A DNA stretch of 64,000 nt from an uncultured Coriobacteriaceae bacterium (GTDB taxonomy: Bacteria > Actinomycetota > Coriobacteriia > Coriobacteriales > CADBOM01), in NCBI GenBank assembly GCA_964558235.1, contig CAZLCK010000002.1, positions 14,354-78,353 on the forward strand. The letters are read 5' to 3'. Below are positions 8,631-18,245 of this stretch, one piece after another. The notes beneath the pieces were generated by a model, which saw only the letters and a list, made by a program, of their open reading frames with translations, did not search any database and was not told where the DNA came from. Within the stretch, counting starts at the first letter, position 1, and the number at the start of each line of letters is the position of its first letter. A program made the position numbers and the translations under genes.

Positions 8631-9686
8631 ATGATTCAAGCAGCAATTGTTGGTTCAGGCGGTTTTGCAGGAATAGAGGTTTTTAGGCTTCTATTAAATC
8701 ATCCATATATTGAACCAGTACTTGCAATATCTGATTCGCTTGCTGGCCAAAAGGTCTCAGAAGTCTATCCTTCGCTTTGCGGTCAAAGTGATATTGAATT
8801 TTCTAAGTTAGATATTGAGAAAATAATTGAATCATCTCAAATTGCATTTTTAGCAGTACCTCATACAGCTTCAATGAATATTGCGCCAACTTTAATTAAT
8901 AATGGTATTGCAGTTGTTGATCTTTCTGCGGACTTTAGGCTTCATGATGCTGATGTTTATGAAAAGTGGTATGGAGTAGAGCATAGTGCTAAAGATCTGC
9001 TAGGGAAGGCCCGTTTTGGTCAACCTGAAACTCATCGTGAAGAGTTGCGAGATATTGCACAAAACGGTAGTACGCCTTTAGTTGCATGCGCTGGATGTTA
9101 TCCAACAGCATCAATCTTAGCTGCATATCCAGCTCTAAAAAATGGGTTTGTCGACAGCACTACTGTGTTTATAAATGCTATGTCTGGCGTCAGCGGGGCT
9201 GGAAAAAGTCCATCAGAAAAAAACCAATTTTGCAATGTTGCAGAGACAGTAATGCCTTATTCGCCCGCTTCACATAGGCATACTCCAGAGATCTCACAGG
9301 AATATTCTGAGATTGCTGGAACCGATATCGATGTTGTATTTATTCCGCATCTTGTGCCAATGAAGCGTGGTTTAATCTCAACTGTAACGATGCAGTGTAA
9401 AGACACGATTACCTCTCAAGATATTTATGATGCGTATACACAAGCCTATATAGATGAGACTTTCGTTCATTTTTTGGGTAATACGATGCCTTCGAGCGCT
9501 TCTGTTGTTGGGGGAAATCATGCGCAAGTAGGTGTTGTATTTGATGAATCAACACAGTGTATTGTTGCATCTTGTGCGATTGATAACCTAGATAAAGGAG
9601 CTGCCTCACAAGCTATTCAATGCGCGAATATTATTCTAGGTCTTGATGAAGGTTCTGGCTTAAATTTTAGCATTTGCGTTGTTTAG
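8631..9686 (+). CDS. argC: N-acetyl-gamma-glutamyl-phosphate reductase
   Basis: 351 aa. N-terminal GxGxxG (VGSGGFAG), active-site Cys motif ACAGCYPTA, first gene of the arg cluster. Confidence 0.9.
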   Translation: MIQAAIVGSGGFAGIEVFRLLLNHPYIEPVLAISDSLAGQKVSEVYPSLCGQSDIEFSKLDIEKIIESSQIAFLAVPHTASMNIAPTLINNGIAVVDLSADFRLHDADVYEKWYGVEHSAKDLLGKARFGQPETHREELRDIAQNGSTPLVACAGCYPTASILAAYPALKNGFVDSTTVFINAMSGVSGAGKSPSEKNQFCNVAETVMPYSPASHRHTPEISQEYSEIAGTDIDVVFIPHLVPMKRGLISTVTMQCKDTITSQDIYDAYTQAYIDETFVHFLGNTMPSSASVVGGNHAQVGVVFDESTQCIVASCAIDNLDKGAASQAIQCANIILGLDEGSGLNFSICVV

Positions 9687-9720
9687 TAATTTGTTTTAAC
9701 AAATAGGTGGAAAGGATGAG

Positions 9721-11043
9721 ATGAACACCAATAACGGTTGCAATAAAAAAAATCAATATCACATTGATCACAACGTTAAAGTCAAAATTGATTTTTATGC
9801 TGATGCACCAGAGAATATCGAGTTCATTGATGGTGGATTTAGTTTGATTGATGGGATTGAATTTACCGGTATTCATGCAAAGTTTAGAAGAAATCCAAAT
9901 AAAAATGATCTAGCGCTCATTTATGCGCCTGAGCCAGTTAGAGCAGCTGGTGTTTTTACAAAAAATAAGTTTTGCGCTGCTCCTGTTGAGCTTTGTAAAG
10001 AGAGAATTGCTTCTGGGAAAACCAGAGCAGTAATGATTAATTCGGGAAATGCAAATGCTGCAACAGGCGAGCTCGGTAGACAAAATGCTATTAAAAGCAC
10101 AAAGATCTTGGCCGATGCTTTAGGTATTAAAGAGGAGGATATTCTAGTCTGCTCTACTGGAGTAATTGGCGTTCAACTCAAAATGGAATGTTTTGAGTAC
10201 GGAATTCCTAAAGCTATCGCATCTTTAGGAACAGATGAGGAACATAGCCATGCTGCAGCCAGAGCTATTATGACTACCGATACAGTTTCAAAGCACGCAG
10301 CAGTTAAGTTTTGCGCTACACAATCTGATGGTAGTGAGGTAACGATCCATATTGCCGGTATCGCTAAAGGCTCTGGAATGATTGAGCCAGATATGGCCAC
10401 TATGATCTCTATAATCGCTACAGACGCTGCAATTGAGCCTTCTGCACTAAAGAGTGCTCTAAAGGAAGCTTCTGATGTTTCGTTTAACAGGGTTACGATC
10501 GACAGTGATACCTCTACAAACGATTGTGCAATCGCACTTGCTACAGGCAAAAATGGGGGCAAAACAATTACTGAAGATTGTCCAGTCTATCCAATGTTTT
10601 TGCTTGCGCTTAAAACTTTGTGCGTGAGTCTTGCTAAACAAATTGCGGCTGATGGCGAGGGTGCAACAAAGCTAGTAACAGTTGAGGTTTCTGGAGCAAA
10701 AGATGATGAGCAGGCATATGAGGCAGCAAAATCGATTGCAAATTCTCCACTTGTTAAGACTGCAATCGCTGGTCACGATGCTAATTGGGGGCGGCTTGCT
10801 ATGGCATTAGGCAAGAGCAATGCGGAGTTTAAGCAAGAAAATGTCTCAATTTCAATCATGGGAATTAAGGTTTGCCAAGATGGTATCGCCCTAGAATTTG
10901 ATGAGAATGAGGCTCTAAAGGCATTTGAAAATGATGAGATCTTACTTCAAGCAGATCTGGGGTGTGGTGAAGGATTTAGCAGAATTTGGACCTGTGATTT
11001 AACACATGGATATATCACGATCAATGGAGATTACAGAACATAA
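9721..11043 (+). CDS. argJ: Bifunctional ornithine acetyltransferase / N-acetylglutamate synthase
   Basis: Autoprocessing motif PDMATMISIIATDA (cleavage before the Thr), with KDLALIY and GANAATG motifs. It has a ~35 aa N-terminal extension relative to typical ArgJ, so the start is somewhat uncertain. Confidence 0.9.
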   Translation: MNTNNGCNKKNQYHIDHNVKVKIDFYADAPENIEFIDGGFSLIDGIEFTGIHAKFRRNPNKNDLALIYAPEPVRAAGVFTKNKFCAAPVELCKERIASGKTRAVMINSGNANAATGELGRQNAIKSTKILADALGIKEEDILVCSTGVIGVQLKMECFEYGIPKAIASLGTDEEHSHAAARAIMTTDTVSKHAAVKFCATQSDGSEVTIHIAGIAKGSGMIEPDMATMISIIATDAAIEPSALKSALKEASDVSFNRVTIDSDTSTNDCAIALATGKNGGKTITEDCPVYPMFLLALKTLCVSLAKQIAADGEGATKLVTVEVSGAKDDEQAYEAAKSIANSPLVKTAIAGHDANWGRLAMALGKSNAEFKQENVSISIMGIKVCQDGIALEFDENEALKAFENDEILLQADLGCGEGFSRIWTCDLTHGYITINGDYRT

Positions 11044-11107
11044 TCCAAATAACTTCTAGTTTTTTATTGCGCTGCGGTTATATACATTTATGGAAGTGTG
11101 ATTAGGA

Positions 11108-12070
11108 TTGGAATACGAAAAAGATAGGAAAAACGATACAGAAAAGCTTCAAAAGCTTGCAAATATTTTGATAGAAGCTTTTCCTTGGGTGAAAAATTCG
11201 ACTGGCAAGACCGTTGTTATCAAGTATGGTGGGGCTGCAATGGTCGACTCAGAACTTCGTGCTGCAGTGATGAGTGACATCGTAATGCTCAAAATCATGG
11301 GCTTGAATCCGATTATTGTTCATGGCGGTGGCAATGATATTAATCGTATGCTCAAGCAATTTAACATGGAGTCGAACTTTATTGAGGGACTTAGAATTAC
11401 TGACAAAAAAACCATGGAAATTGTAAAGATGGTTTTAGTCGGCAAGGTTAACACCGAACTTGTTGCTGCTATGAATAAGCATGGCGCTATTGCTGTAGGT
11501 CTTTCTGGTGTTGATGCTTCTACTGTTATCGCTGAGCCCTGTGATGAAATTCATCAATATGCTGGCTACGTCACCTCTATAAACGATATCTATATACGTG
11601 ACATCCTTGCTAAAGATTACATCCCAGTTATTGCATCTGTTGCAACAAGTGCAGATCATAATAATTTTCTTAATGTTAATGCGGATACAGTTGCGGGCGA
11701 AGTTGCAGCGGCTGTTGGGGCTCATAAGATTATGTTTTTGTCGGATGTTGATGGTTTATATGAAGATCTCAATGATAAGGACACTCTTATTTCTCGAATG
11801 ACACTTTCTGAAGCTCGCGAGATGCTCGAACAAAATAAAGTATCAAGTGGGATGATTCCAAAGATGACATCTATCGTTAATGCGTTAGACGCTGGTGTTC
11901 CTCGAGCTCATCTATTAAACGGCACAGTTCCACATTGCCTACTTCTTGAGGTGTTCACTAATAAAGGAGTTGGCACTATGGTTGCGCGTGACGTTAATGG
12001 AGAAGATAGTAGCAATGGTTTTGAGCCATTTCTACTCGACAATTTTGCATCAAAATTGCAGGAGGATTAA
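11108..12070 (+). CDS. argB: Acetylglutamate kinase
   Basis: Motifs VVIKYGGAAM, IIVHGGG and NVNADTVAGEVA. TTG start as given in the track. Confidence 0.9.
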   Translation: MEYEKDRKNDTEKLQKLANILIEAFPWVKNSTGKTVVIKYGGAAMVDSELRAAVMSDIVMLKIMGLNPIIVHGGGNDINRMLKQFNMESNFIEGLRITDKKTMEIVKMVLVGKVNTELVAAMNKHGAIAVGLSGVDASTVIAEPCDEIHQYAGYVTSINDIYIRDILAKDYIPVIASVATSADHNNFLNVNADTVAGEVAAAVGAHKIMFLSDVDGLYEDLNDKDTLISRMTLSEAREMLEQNKVSSGMIPKMTSIVNALDAGVPRAHLLNGTVPHCLLLEVFTNKGVGTMVARDVNGEDSSNGFEPFLLDNFASKLQED

Positions 12071-12073
12071 GAG

Positions 12074-13348
12074 ATGCAAGGAAATATAAAGCCATCTCTT
12101 GAAAATGAGATCAAACTTGAATCTGAATATGTGATGCACACCTATGGTCGCAAGAATGTTGAATTTGTTGAGGGCCATGGGATGGTTTTAGTAGATGATG
12201 AAGGCAAAGAATACCTGGACTTTTTAGCGGGAATAGCTGTGCTTTCTTTGGGTCACAGCCACCCAAAGATTGTTGAAACAATACAAAATCAAGCTTCTAG
12301 GTTAATGCAGACATCCAATTATTTTTATGCTGATGGTCGTGGAGAGCTTGCAAAGATGATTAGCGAATTAATTTGTGAGCGCTCTAATACTTCGCTTGAT
12401 TGGATCTATGGTTTAGGAGGATTAGAGGGTCAAAGTCAATATATGACCTTCTTTGCTAATTCTGGTGCCGAAGCCAATGAGGGTGCTTTTAAACTTGCTA
12501 GAAGATATTCAGAAATCACTGGCTCAAAAGCAAAGACTATTCTTTTTATGAGTGGGTCTTTCCATGGGCGAACTCTTGCAACCATTGCTGCAACTGGTCA
12601 ATCTTCTAAGCAAGAATATTTCAAGCCTTTACCAGATGGCTTTCTTCAAATTGATTTTAATGATCCTGATGATTTTCTTAAGGCTTTAGATACAAAGAAC
12701 AATGGCGGAGTTTGTGCTGTTGTGCTCGAATGTGTGCAGGGAGAAAGCGGAATTTGGCCATGTGATCAAGAGTATCTAAGGATGATACGATCTGAAACTT
12801 CAAAGCGTGGAATAGCTTTAATAGTAGATGAGGTTCAAACAGGCTTTTATAGATGTGGTGAGTACCCATTTGCCTTTCAGCATTATGGAATTGTTCCAGA
12901 CATCATTACGATGGCCAAAGGAATTGCTGGTGGTTTTCCATGTGGTGCTTTTGCTGCTTCTAAAGAAGTTGCAAAAGCATTTCAGCCCGGAGATCACGGT
13001 TCTACTTTTGGTGGAAATCCATTAGCTATAGCAGCAGCAAAAGCAACTATTCAGGAGATGAAAGATTCTACTATTGGAAAAAACAGTGCTGAAGTGGGAG
13101 CTTATTTAAAGAAAAAGCTTTCAGGTATGCCACTAATTAGTGAAGTGAGGGGCTTTGGCCTTATGCTTGGCGCGGAGCTTGATAAAGATATTGCCTCTCA
13201 AGTTGTTGATAGGGCCTTAGAGAGCGGTCTCGTAATCAATGCGCCCAAAGCTAATATATTGCGTTTTGTTCCGCCTTTAATTTGTACAAAAGACGATGTG
13301 GATAAGATGATATTGATTCTTCAGCCAATCCTATCTTCATTTGAATGA
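12074..13348 (+). CDS. argD: Acetylornithine aminotransferase (class III PLP)
   Basis: LIVDEVQTGFYRCG and the PLP-Lys context ITMAKGIAGGFP. SD AGGAGGA upstream. Confidence 0.9.
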   Translation: MQGNIKPSLENEIKLESEYVMHTYGRKNVEFVEGHGMVLVDDEGKEYLDFLAGIAVLSLGHSHPKIVETIQNQASRLMQTSNYFYADGRGELAKMISELICERSNTSLDWIYGLGGLEGQSQYMTFFANSGAEANEGAFKLARRYSEITGSKAKTILFMSGSFHGRTLATIAATGQSSKQEYFKPLPDGFLQIDFNDPDDFLKALDTKNNGGVCAVVLECVQGESGIWPCDQEYLRMIRSETSKRGIALIVDEVQTGFYRCGEYPFAFQHYGIVPDIITMAKGIAGGFPCGAFAASKEVAKAFQPGDHGSTFGGNPLAIAAAKATIQEMKDSTIGKNSAEVGAYLKKKLSGMPLISEVRGFGLMLGAELDKDIASQVVDRALESGLVINAPKANILRFVPPLICTKDDVDKMILILQPILSSFE

Positions 13349-13376
13349 CCTATATGAATTGTAAGGAAATATATCA

Positions 13377-14330
13377 ATGACTACATATGATAATAACCCT
13401 CTAGCAGGTAGGGATGTTCTTAGACTGATGGATCTTACTCCAGATGAGGTCGCTTTAGTATTAGAAACTGCTGAACAACAAAAGAAAGATTGGAAAAATG
13501 GAGTTCGGCATAAGTACTATGAGGGCAAAAGTGTAGCTGTTATTTTAGAGAAGCCTTCAATGCGAACCAGAATTTCATTTGAAACTGCAATCTATAGACT
13601 GGGTGCTCATCCTGCGTTAATGGCAGACTCAAATTCTGCTTTTTCTAGGGGAGAGACTATTCAAGATACAACCCTTGTTCTTGAAAGATTTGTGGATGCA
13701 ATAGTAATTAGGACATTTGAACAAAATAAGGTTGAAGAGATCGCAAACTGGGCATCTATTCCTGTTATTAATGCTTTAACAGATAATTTTCATCCATGCC
13801 AAGTCTTAGCCGATTTACTTACAATTCGTGAGCATTTAGGTCAGTTAGCTGGTTTAAAACTTGCTTATGTGGGTGATGGAAATAATATGGCTAACACCTA
13901 TATGGAAGGTGCTGCACTTTGTGGGATGGATGCAATTATTGCAACACCTGCAGATTATGCTCCTCCTGCAAAGTATATAGAAGAATGCATGGAGGAAGCT
14001 AAGAAAAATGGTGGATCGATTCAGGTTATTACAGATCCTATAACGGCACTATTGGATGCTGATATTGTTATTACCGATACTTGGACCTCAATGGGAGACG
14101 AAGAAGAACACGATCAAAGGCTAAACATCTTTAGAGATTACCAAATTGATCTCGAAAAGATGGCGCTAGCAAAAAGCAGTGCGATCTTCATGCATTGTTT
14201 ACCAGCGCATAGAGGCGAAGAGGTCACAGATGAAGTGATGGATGGTCCACAATCTGTAATTTTTGATGAAGCTGAGAACAGACTTCATGCTCAAAAAGCA
14301 TTGTTATCTCTTGTGTTAGCAAATGAATGA
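13377..14330 (+). CDS. argF: Ornithine carbamoyltransferase
   Basis: Carbamoyl-phosphate motif SMRTRISFE, plus HPCQ and FMHCLPAHRGEE. Confidence 0.9.
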   Translation: MTTYDNNPLAGRDVLRLMDLTPDEVALVLETAEQQKKDWKNGVRHKYYEGKSVAVILEKPSMRTRISFETAIYRLGAHPALMADSNSAFSRGETIQDTTLVLERFVDAIVIRTFEQNKVEEIANWASIPVINALTDNFHPCQVLADLLTIREHLGQLAGLKLAYVGDGNNMANTYMEGAALCGMDAIIATPADYAPPAKYIEECMEEAKKNGGSIQVITDPITALLDADIVITDTWTSMGDEEEHDQRLNIFRDYQIDLEKMALAKSSAIFMHCLPAHRGEEVTDEVMDGPQSVIFDEAENRLHAQKALLSLVLANE

Positions 14331-14350
14331 TAGTTTGAAAAGAGGAAGCA

Positions 14351-14782
14351 GTGAGCAAGAGGCGTGATAGACATTTTGCGATGAGGCAAATTGTCAGGGA
14401 ACAAAATGTGCGAACCCAGCAAGAATTAGCCGATGCTTTACAAGGCCTAGGATATGAGTGCACACAAGCAACAATTTCAAGGGATATTGTTGATGTAGGA
14501 CTCAAAAAGGCATCAGATGGCACCTATGTTTTGCAAGAGGATTTAATCTTAAAAAAGATGATCAGCGAAATGCTTATTAATGCTGAGCAAATTGATAAGT
14601 TTTTGGTTATTAAAGTTTTGCCCGGCACTGCATCTGGAGTTGCAGCAGCAATTGATGGAGCTGACTTTGAAGATATTGTTGGTACCGTTGCAGGAGATGA
14701 TACTATCTTTGTTTTGTGTAGGGGAGAAGAGAAAGCTTCGGATTTAGCTAATTTGATTGTAAGAATGAGCGGAGACAAATAG
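14351..14782 (+). CDS. argR: Arginine repressor
   Basis: 143 aa. Winged-HTH N-terminus (QQELADAL...CTQATISRDI) and C-terminal oligomerisation/arginine site GTVAGDDTIFV. GTG start with SD AGAGGA. Confidence 0.85.
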   Translation: MSKRRDRHFAMRQIVREQNVRTQQELADALQGLGYECTQATISRDIVDVGLKKASDGTYVLQEDLILKKMISEMLINAEQIDKFLVIKVLPGTASGVAAAIDGADFEDIVGTVAGDDTIFVLCRGEEKASDLANLIVRMSGDK

Positions 14783-14821
14783 TCTTTCGAGTTTAAATTA
14801 TTACATGTAAATCTCTGTGAT

Positions 14822-14848
14822 AACTATCCAAAAATACTTCGGATAGTT
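14822..14848 (+). other. 8-bp stem hairpin between argR and argG (AACTATCC-N11-GGATAGTT)
   Basis: Perfect 8-bp inverted repeat seen directly. There is no U-tract after it, so it may be a processing or weak pause element rather than a terminator. Confidence 0.3.
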
Positions 14849-14921
14849 TATAAGTTATCAACTGGGCAACTAGCTTTTACAGATAATATCTTTTATTCGT
14901 TTGCGAAGGGAGCGAATCAAT

Positions 14922-16124
14922 ATGAGTAAGGAAAAGGTTGTATTAGCGTATTCCGGAGGTCTTGACACTTCTGTATGCATCAGATGGTTAATGGATGTTA
15001 AAGATTTGGATGTAATCTGCGTTGCTGGAGATGTGGGACAAGAGAGAGACGACCTTGAAGCGGTTCGCGAAAAGGCGCTTAAGATCGGTGCAATTGAGTC
15101 GATAGTTGTCGATATGCGCGAAGAGTTCTGTAATGAATTTTTAGATAAGGCAATATTTGCAAACGCAATGTATGAGAACAAGTATCCTTTGCTTTCAGCG
15201 CTTTCACGACCTGTTATTGTTAAGCATCTTGTTGAAGCTGCTCATAAGTATGGCGCAAAGTACATTGCACATGGATGTACAGGTAAAGGAAATGATCAAG
15301 TTCGTTTTGAAGTTGGTATCCGTGCACTCGATCCATCTATTGAGATAATCGCCCCTGTTCGCGAGTGGGATTTGCGTACTCGTGATGAAGAGATGGATTG
15401 GGCAGAAGCACATGGCGTTCCTGTACCAACAACTAAGAAGTCTCCATACTCAATCGATGACAATCTATGGGGTCGTGCAATTGAGTGTGGAGTTTTAGAG
15501 GATCCATGGAATCTTCCTCCAGATGATATCTATACAATGACAGTTGATCCAAAGGATGCTCCTGATGCCGAGGAGATTGTTGAACTTGAATTTGAACATG
15601 GTCGTCCAAGTGCAATCAATGGCGAGAAGATGACAATTCATCAAATCATATTAAAGATGAATGAGATTGCGGGACGCAATGGATATGGTCGTATCGACAT
15701 GATTGAGAATAGGCTTGTTGGTGTTAAGTCGAGGGAGTGCTATGAGCAACCAGGTGCGCTTTCTATAATCAAAGCTCACAAAGCATTAGAGGATATGTGT
15801 CTAGAGCGCGAAACTCTTCACTACAAGTTAAAGCTTGAGTATGATTGGGCGACACTTGTCTACAACGGACTATGGTATTCACCACTAAAAAACGCTATGG
15901 ATGCATTTATTGCATACACACAGGAATCAATTAACGGTGTTGTAAGGCTTAGTTTCTACAAGGGAACTTGTACGGTCACAGGTTGCAAAAGTGATGATTC
16001 TCTATATGATTACAGCCTAGCAACTTATGATAAGGCCGACTCCTTTAATCATGATGCTTCTGCTGGATTTATCGAGCTTTTTGGCCTTCCGACAAAGGTG
16101 TGGGCTTCTAAGAGGAGGAAATAG
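14922..16124 (+). CDS. argG: Argininosuccinate synthase
   Basis: The N-terminus MSKEKVVLAYSGGLDTS carries the ATP PPi-loop. ATG 14922 has SD AAGGGAG; the track start at 14901 is less likely. Confidence 0.9.
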   Translation: MSKEKVVLAYSGGLDTSVCIRWLMDVKDLDVICVAGDVGQERDDLEAVREKALKIGAIESIVVDMREEFCNEFLDKAIFANAMYENKYPLLSALSRPVIVKHLVEAAHKYGAKYIAHGCTGKGNDQVRFEVGIRALDPSIEIIAPVREWDLRTRDEEMDWAEAHGVPVPTTKKSPYSIDDNLWGRAIECGVLEDPWNLPPDDIYTMTVDPKDAPDAEEIVELEFEHGRPSAINGEKMTIHQIILKMNEIAGRNGYGRIDMIENRLVGVKSRECYEQPGALSIIKAHKALEDMCLERETLHYKLKLEYDWATLVYNGLWYSPLKNAMDAFIAYTQESINGVVRLSFYKGTCTVTGCKSDDSLYDYSLATYDKADSFNHDASAGFIELFGLPTKVWASKRRK

Positions 16125-17518
16125 TGAGCGATGCCTTATGGGGCGGAAGGTTTGAAGCTAAGCCCGAAGAATTTACGCAATCTTTTGGCGCATCACTTTT
16201 CGTCGATAAGCGAATGTGGCGAAGTGATATTAAAGCCTCTAAAGCACATGCAAAGATGTTAGGCAGGCAAGGTATTATCTCTGCTGAAGACGTCGAAGCG
16301 ATCCTTGCTGGTTTAGATGATATTGCTGCTGAGATTGATGCTGGCACTTTCGTTTTTGATGTCAACGATGAAGATATCCATATGGCTGTTGAAGCTGAGT
16401 TAACTCGAAAGATTGGCTCAGCTGGAGGTCGTCTTCATACTGCTAGGAGCAGAAATGATCAGGTTGCAACTGATACGCGTTTATACGTTAAAGAGGTGCT
16501 TCAGAATCTTTTAGTAAAGATTGTTGATCTTCAAGAAGCACTCTATAAGCAGGCAAAGGATAATTTTGGCGTTGTAATGCCAGGCTATACACATATGCAG
16601 CGTGCACAACCTGTGCTCTTTTCGCATCACTTGCTCGCTTATTTTTGGATGTTTGCCAGAGATTTTGAACGTGTAAAGATGGCGCTAAATTCTACTGACA
16701 GACTTCCTTTAGGAAGCGCCGCTTTAGCTGGCACAACATATCCGCTCGATAGACAATATGTCGCTGATGAACTTGGATTTAGCGAAGTAATTCCCAATTC
16801 TATGGACGCAGTCTCTGACAGAGACTTTTTGCTAGACAGCAACTACGCCTGTAGCGTAGGGATGATTCATCTCTCTAGGCTTTGCGAGGAGCTCATCTAT
16901 TGGTCTAGTAGTGAATTTGGATTTGTTACGATGTCAGATTCTTATTCAACTGGCTCTTCGATTATGCCTCAGAAGAAAAATCCAGATTTTGCTGAGCTAA
17001 TTCGCGGTAAAAGCGGTCGAGTTGTAGGGGATTTGGTTGCTCTTCTTATAACTTTAAAGTCTTTACCTCTTTGCTATAACAAAGATATGCAAGAAGACAA
17101 AGAGGGCGCCTTTGATGCTTTAGATACTTTTGCTGATTCTCTTCATTGTATGACTGGTATGATCTCTACAATTGTTGTCAATGAAGAAAAGATGACTGAA
17201 GCTGCCCATGGTGGATTTATGGCTGCAACTGATTTAGCAGACTATCTTGTTGGCAAGGGTGTTGCATTTAGAGAGGCTCATAACATCATCGGCAAACTCG
17301 TTTTAGAATGCGAAAAGCAGGGGAGGACTTTACAATCATTTTCAGTTGATGAGCTTAAGCAACATTGTGAGTTATTTGATGAGGATGCTTTAGAAGCTCT
17401 TAATATCAACAATATTGTTGCAAAGCGTACAACTGAGGGTGGAACCGGAAATAGCGCTGTTGAAGAGCAGATGAAAAAGTGCGAAGCAGTTTTAATTCAG
17501 GAGAAGGCCGAGCTGTAA
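16124..17518 (+). CDS. argH: Argininosuccinate lyase
   Basis: Fumarate-lyase signature GSSIMPQKKNPD and motif TARSRNDQVATD. The GTG start overlaps the argG TAG stop by 1 nt, after AGGAGGA. Confidence 0.9.
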   Translation: MSDALWGGRFEAKPEEFTQSFGASLFVDKRMWRSDIKASKAHAKMLGRQGIISAEDVEAILAGLDDIAAEIDAGTFVFDVNDEDIHMAVEAELTRKIGSAGGRLHTARSRNDQVATDTRLYVKEVLQNLLVKIVDLQEALYKQAKDNFGVVMPGYTHMQRAQPVLFSHHLLAYFWMFARDFERVKMALNSTDRLPLGSAALAGTTYPLDRQYVADELGFSEVIPNSMDAVSDRDFLLDSNYACSVGMIHLSRLCEELIYWSSSEFGFVTMSDSYSTGSSIMPQKKNPDFAELIRGKSGRVVGDLVALLITLKSLPLCYNKDMQEDKEGAFDALDTFADSLHCMTGMISTIVVNEEKMTEAAHGGFMAATDLADYLVGKGVAFREAHNIIGKLVLECEKQGRTLQSFSVDELKQHCELFDEDALEALNINNIVAKRTTEGGTGNSAVEEQMKKCEAVLIQEKAEL

Positions 17519-17551
17519 ACCTTATGTGAAATTACACGTAAAAAAGAGGAG

Positions 17552-17607
17552 GGGAGTGCAAACTTCGATCTGGATCAATGTTGATCCAATTTCATGTTTG
17601 CACTCCC
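17552..17607. terminator. Nested hairpin between convergent argH and the nitroreductase gene
   Basis: 12-bp perfect stem GGGAGTGCAAAC/GTTTGCACTCCC enclosing an inner 7-bp stem TGGATCA/TGATCCA. On the minus strand it is followed by CTCTTTTTTAC (U-tract). On the plus strand the tail is weak. Confidence 0.7.
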
Positions 17608-17632
17608 GAATAATATTGCATAAGGGTTAAAA

Positions 17633-18160
17633 TTACTCGACCCAGTTAACCTTGATGTTCTGTTTGATCTCTCGCTCAGAAAACTCATTAGCAGAAATTC
17701 CAATGCCAATAGATGACAAAATGGTGTAGCCCTTTGGGATATTTAGACGCTCAATAAGCTCTGGTTGCTCTTTTAGCTTCTTTATATATCCCCAAAGGAA
17801 AATGCTTCCAAGACCCATATCGGTTGCTTGCAAAAGCATATTTTCAATAGCGCATCCAATATTGCAATATTCAATGCTGTCCTCAGATGGACCAGTAGCA
17901 CTCAAAATGATTAGTGCAGAAACGCCGTAGGTTGGATCTCCCAGCGTTCCATCTTTTTTAGGGAACATACAAGATGAACGGATATCATCTAGCAATTGTT
18001 TATTGCTCACTACAGTTATGTGAGTCTTCGTGTAATCCGCGAGGGCGGTAGGTGCAATCTGAGCAGCATCAACGATCTTTTGTAATTGTTCTTTTGTTAC
18101 TTCACCATTTAAATATGATCTGCATGAAACACGTCGTTTTAGGACTTTTTCAAATTCCAT
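17633..18160 (-). CDS. Nitroreductase-family flavoprotein
   Basis: 175 aa. N-terminal RRSCRSY-type motif (KRRVSCRSY) and overall nitroreductase-like pattern. SD GGGAG. Confidence 0.7.
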   Translation of the reverse strand: MEFEKVLKRRVSCRSYLNGEVTKEQLQKIVDAAQIAPTALADYTKTHITVVSNKQLLDDIRSSCMFPKKDGTLGDPTYGVSALIILSATGPSEDSIEYCNIGCAIENMLLQATDMGLGSIFLWGYIKKLKEQPELIERLNIPKGYTILSSIGIGISANEFSEREIKQNIKVNWVE

Positions 18161-18245
18161 AATTCGCTCCCATTGTATATTTCTGTTTCACTTGGCCAAT
18201 TGCTCTTTCGGGCTTAATTCTAGTCTCTAATTGTTAGGAGTAACT

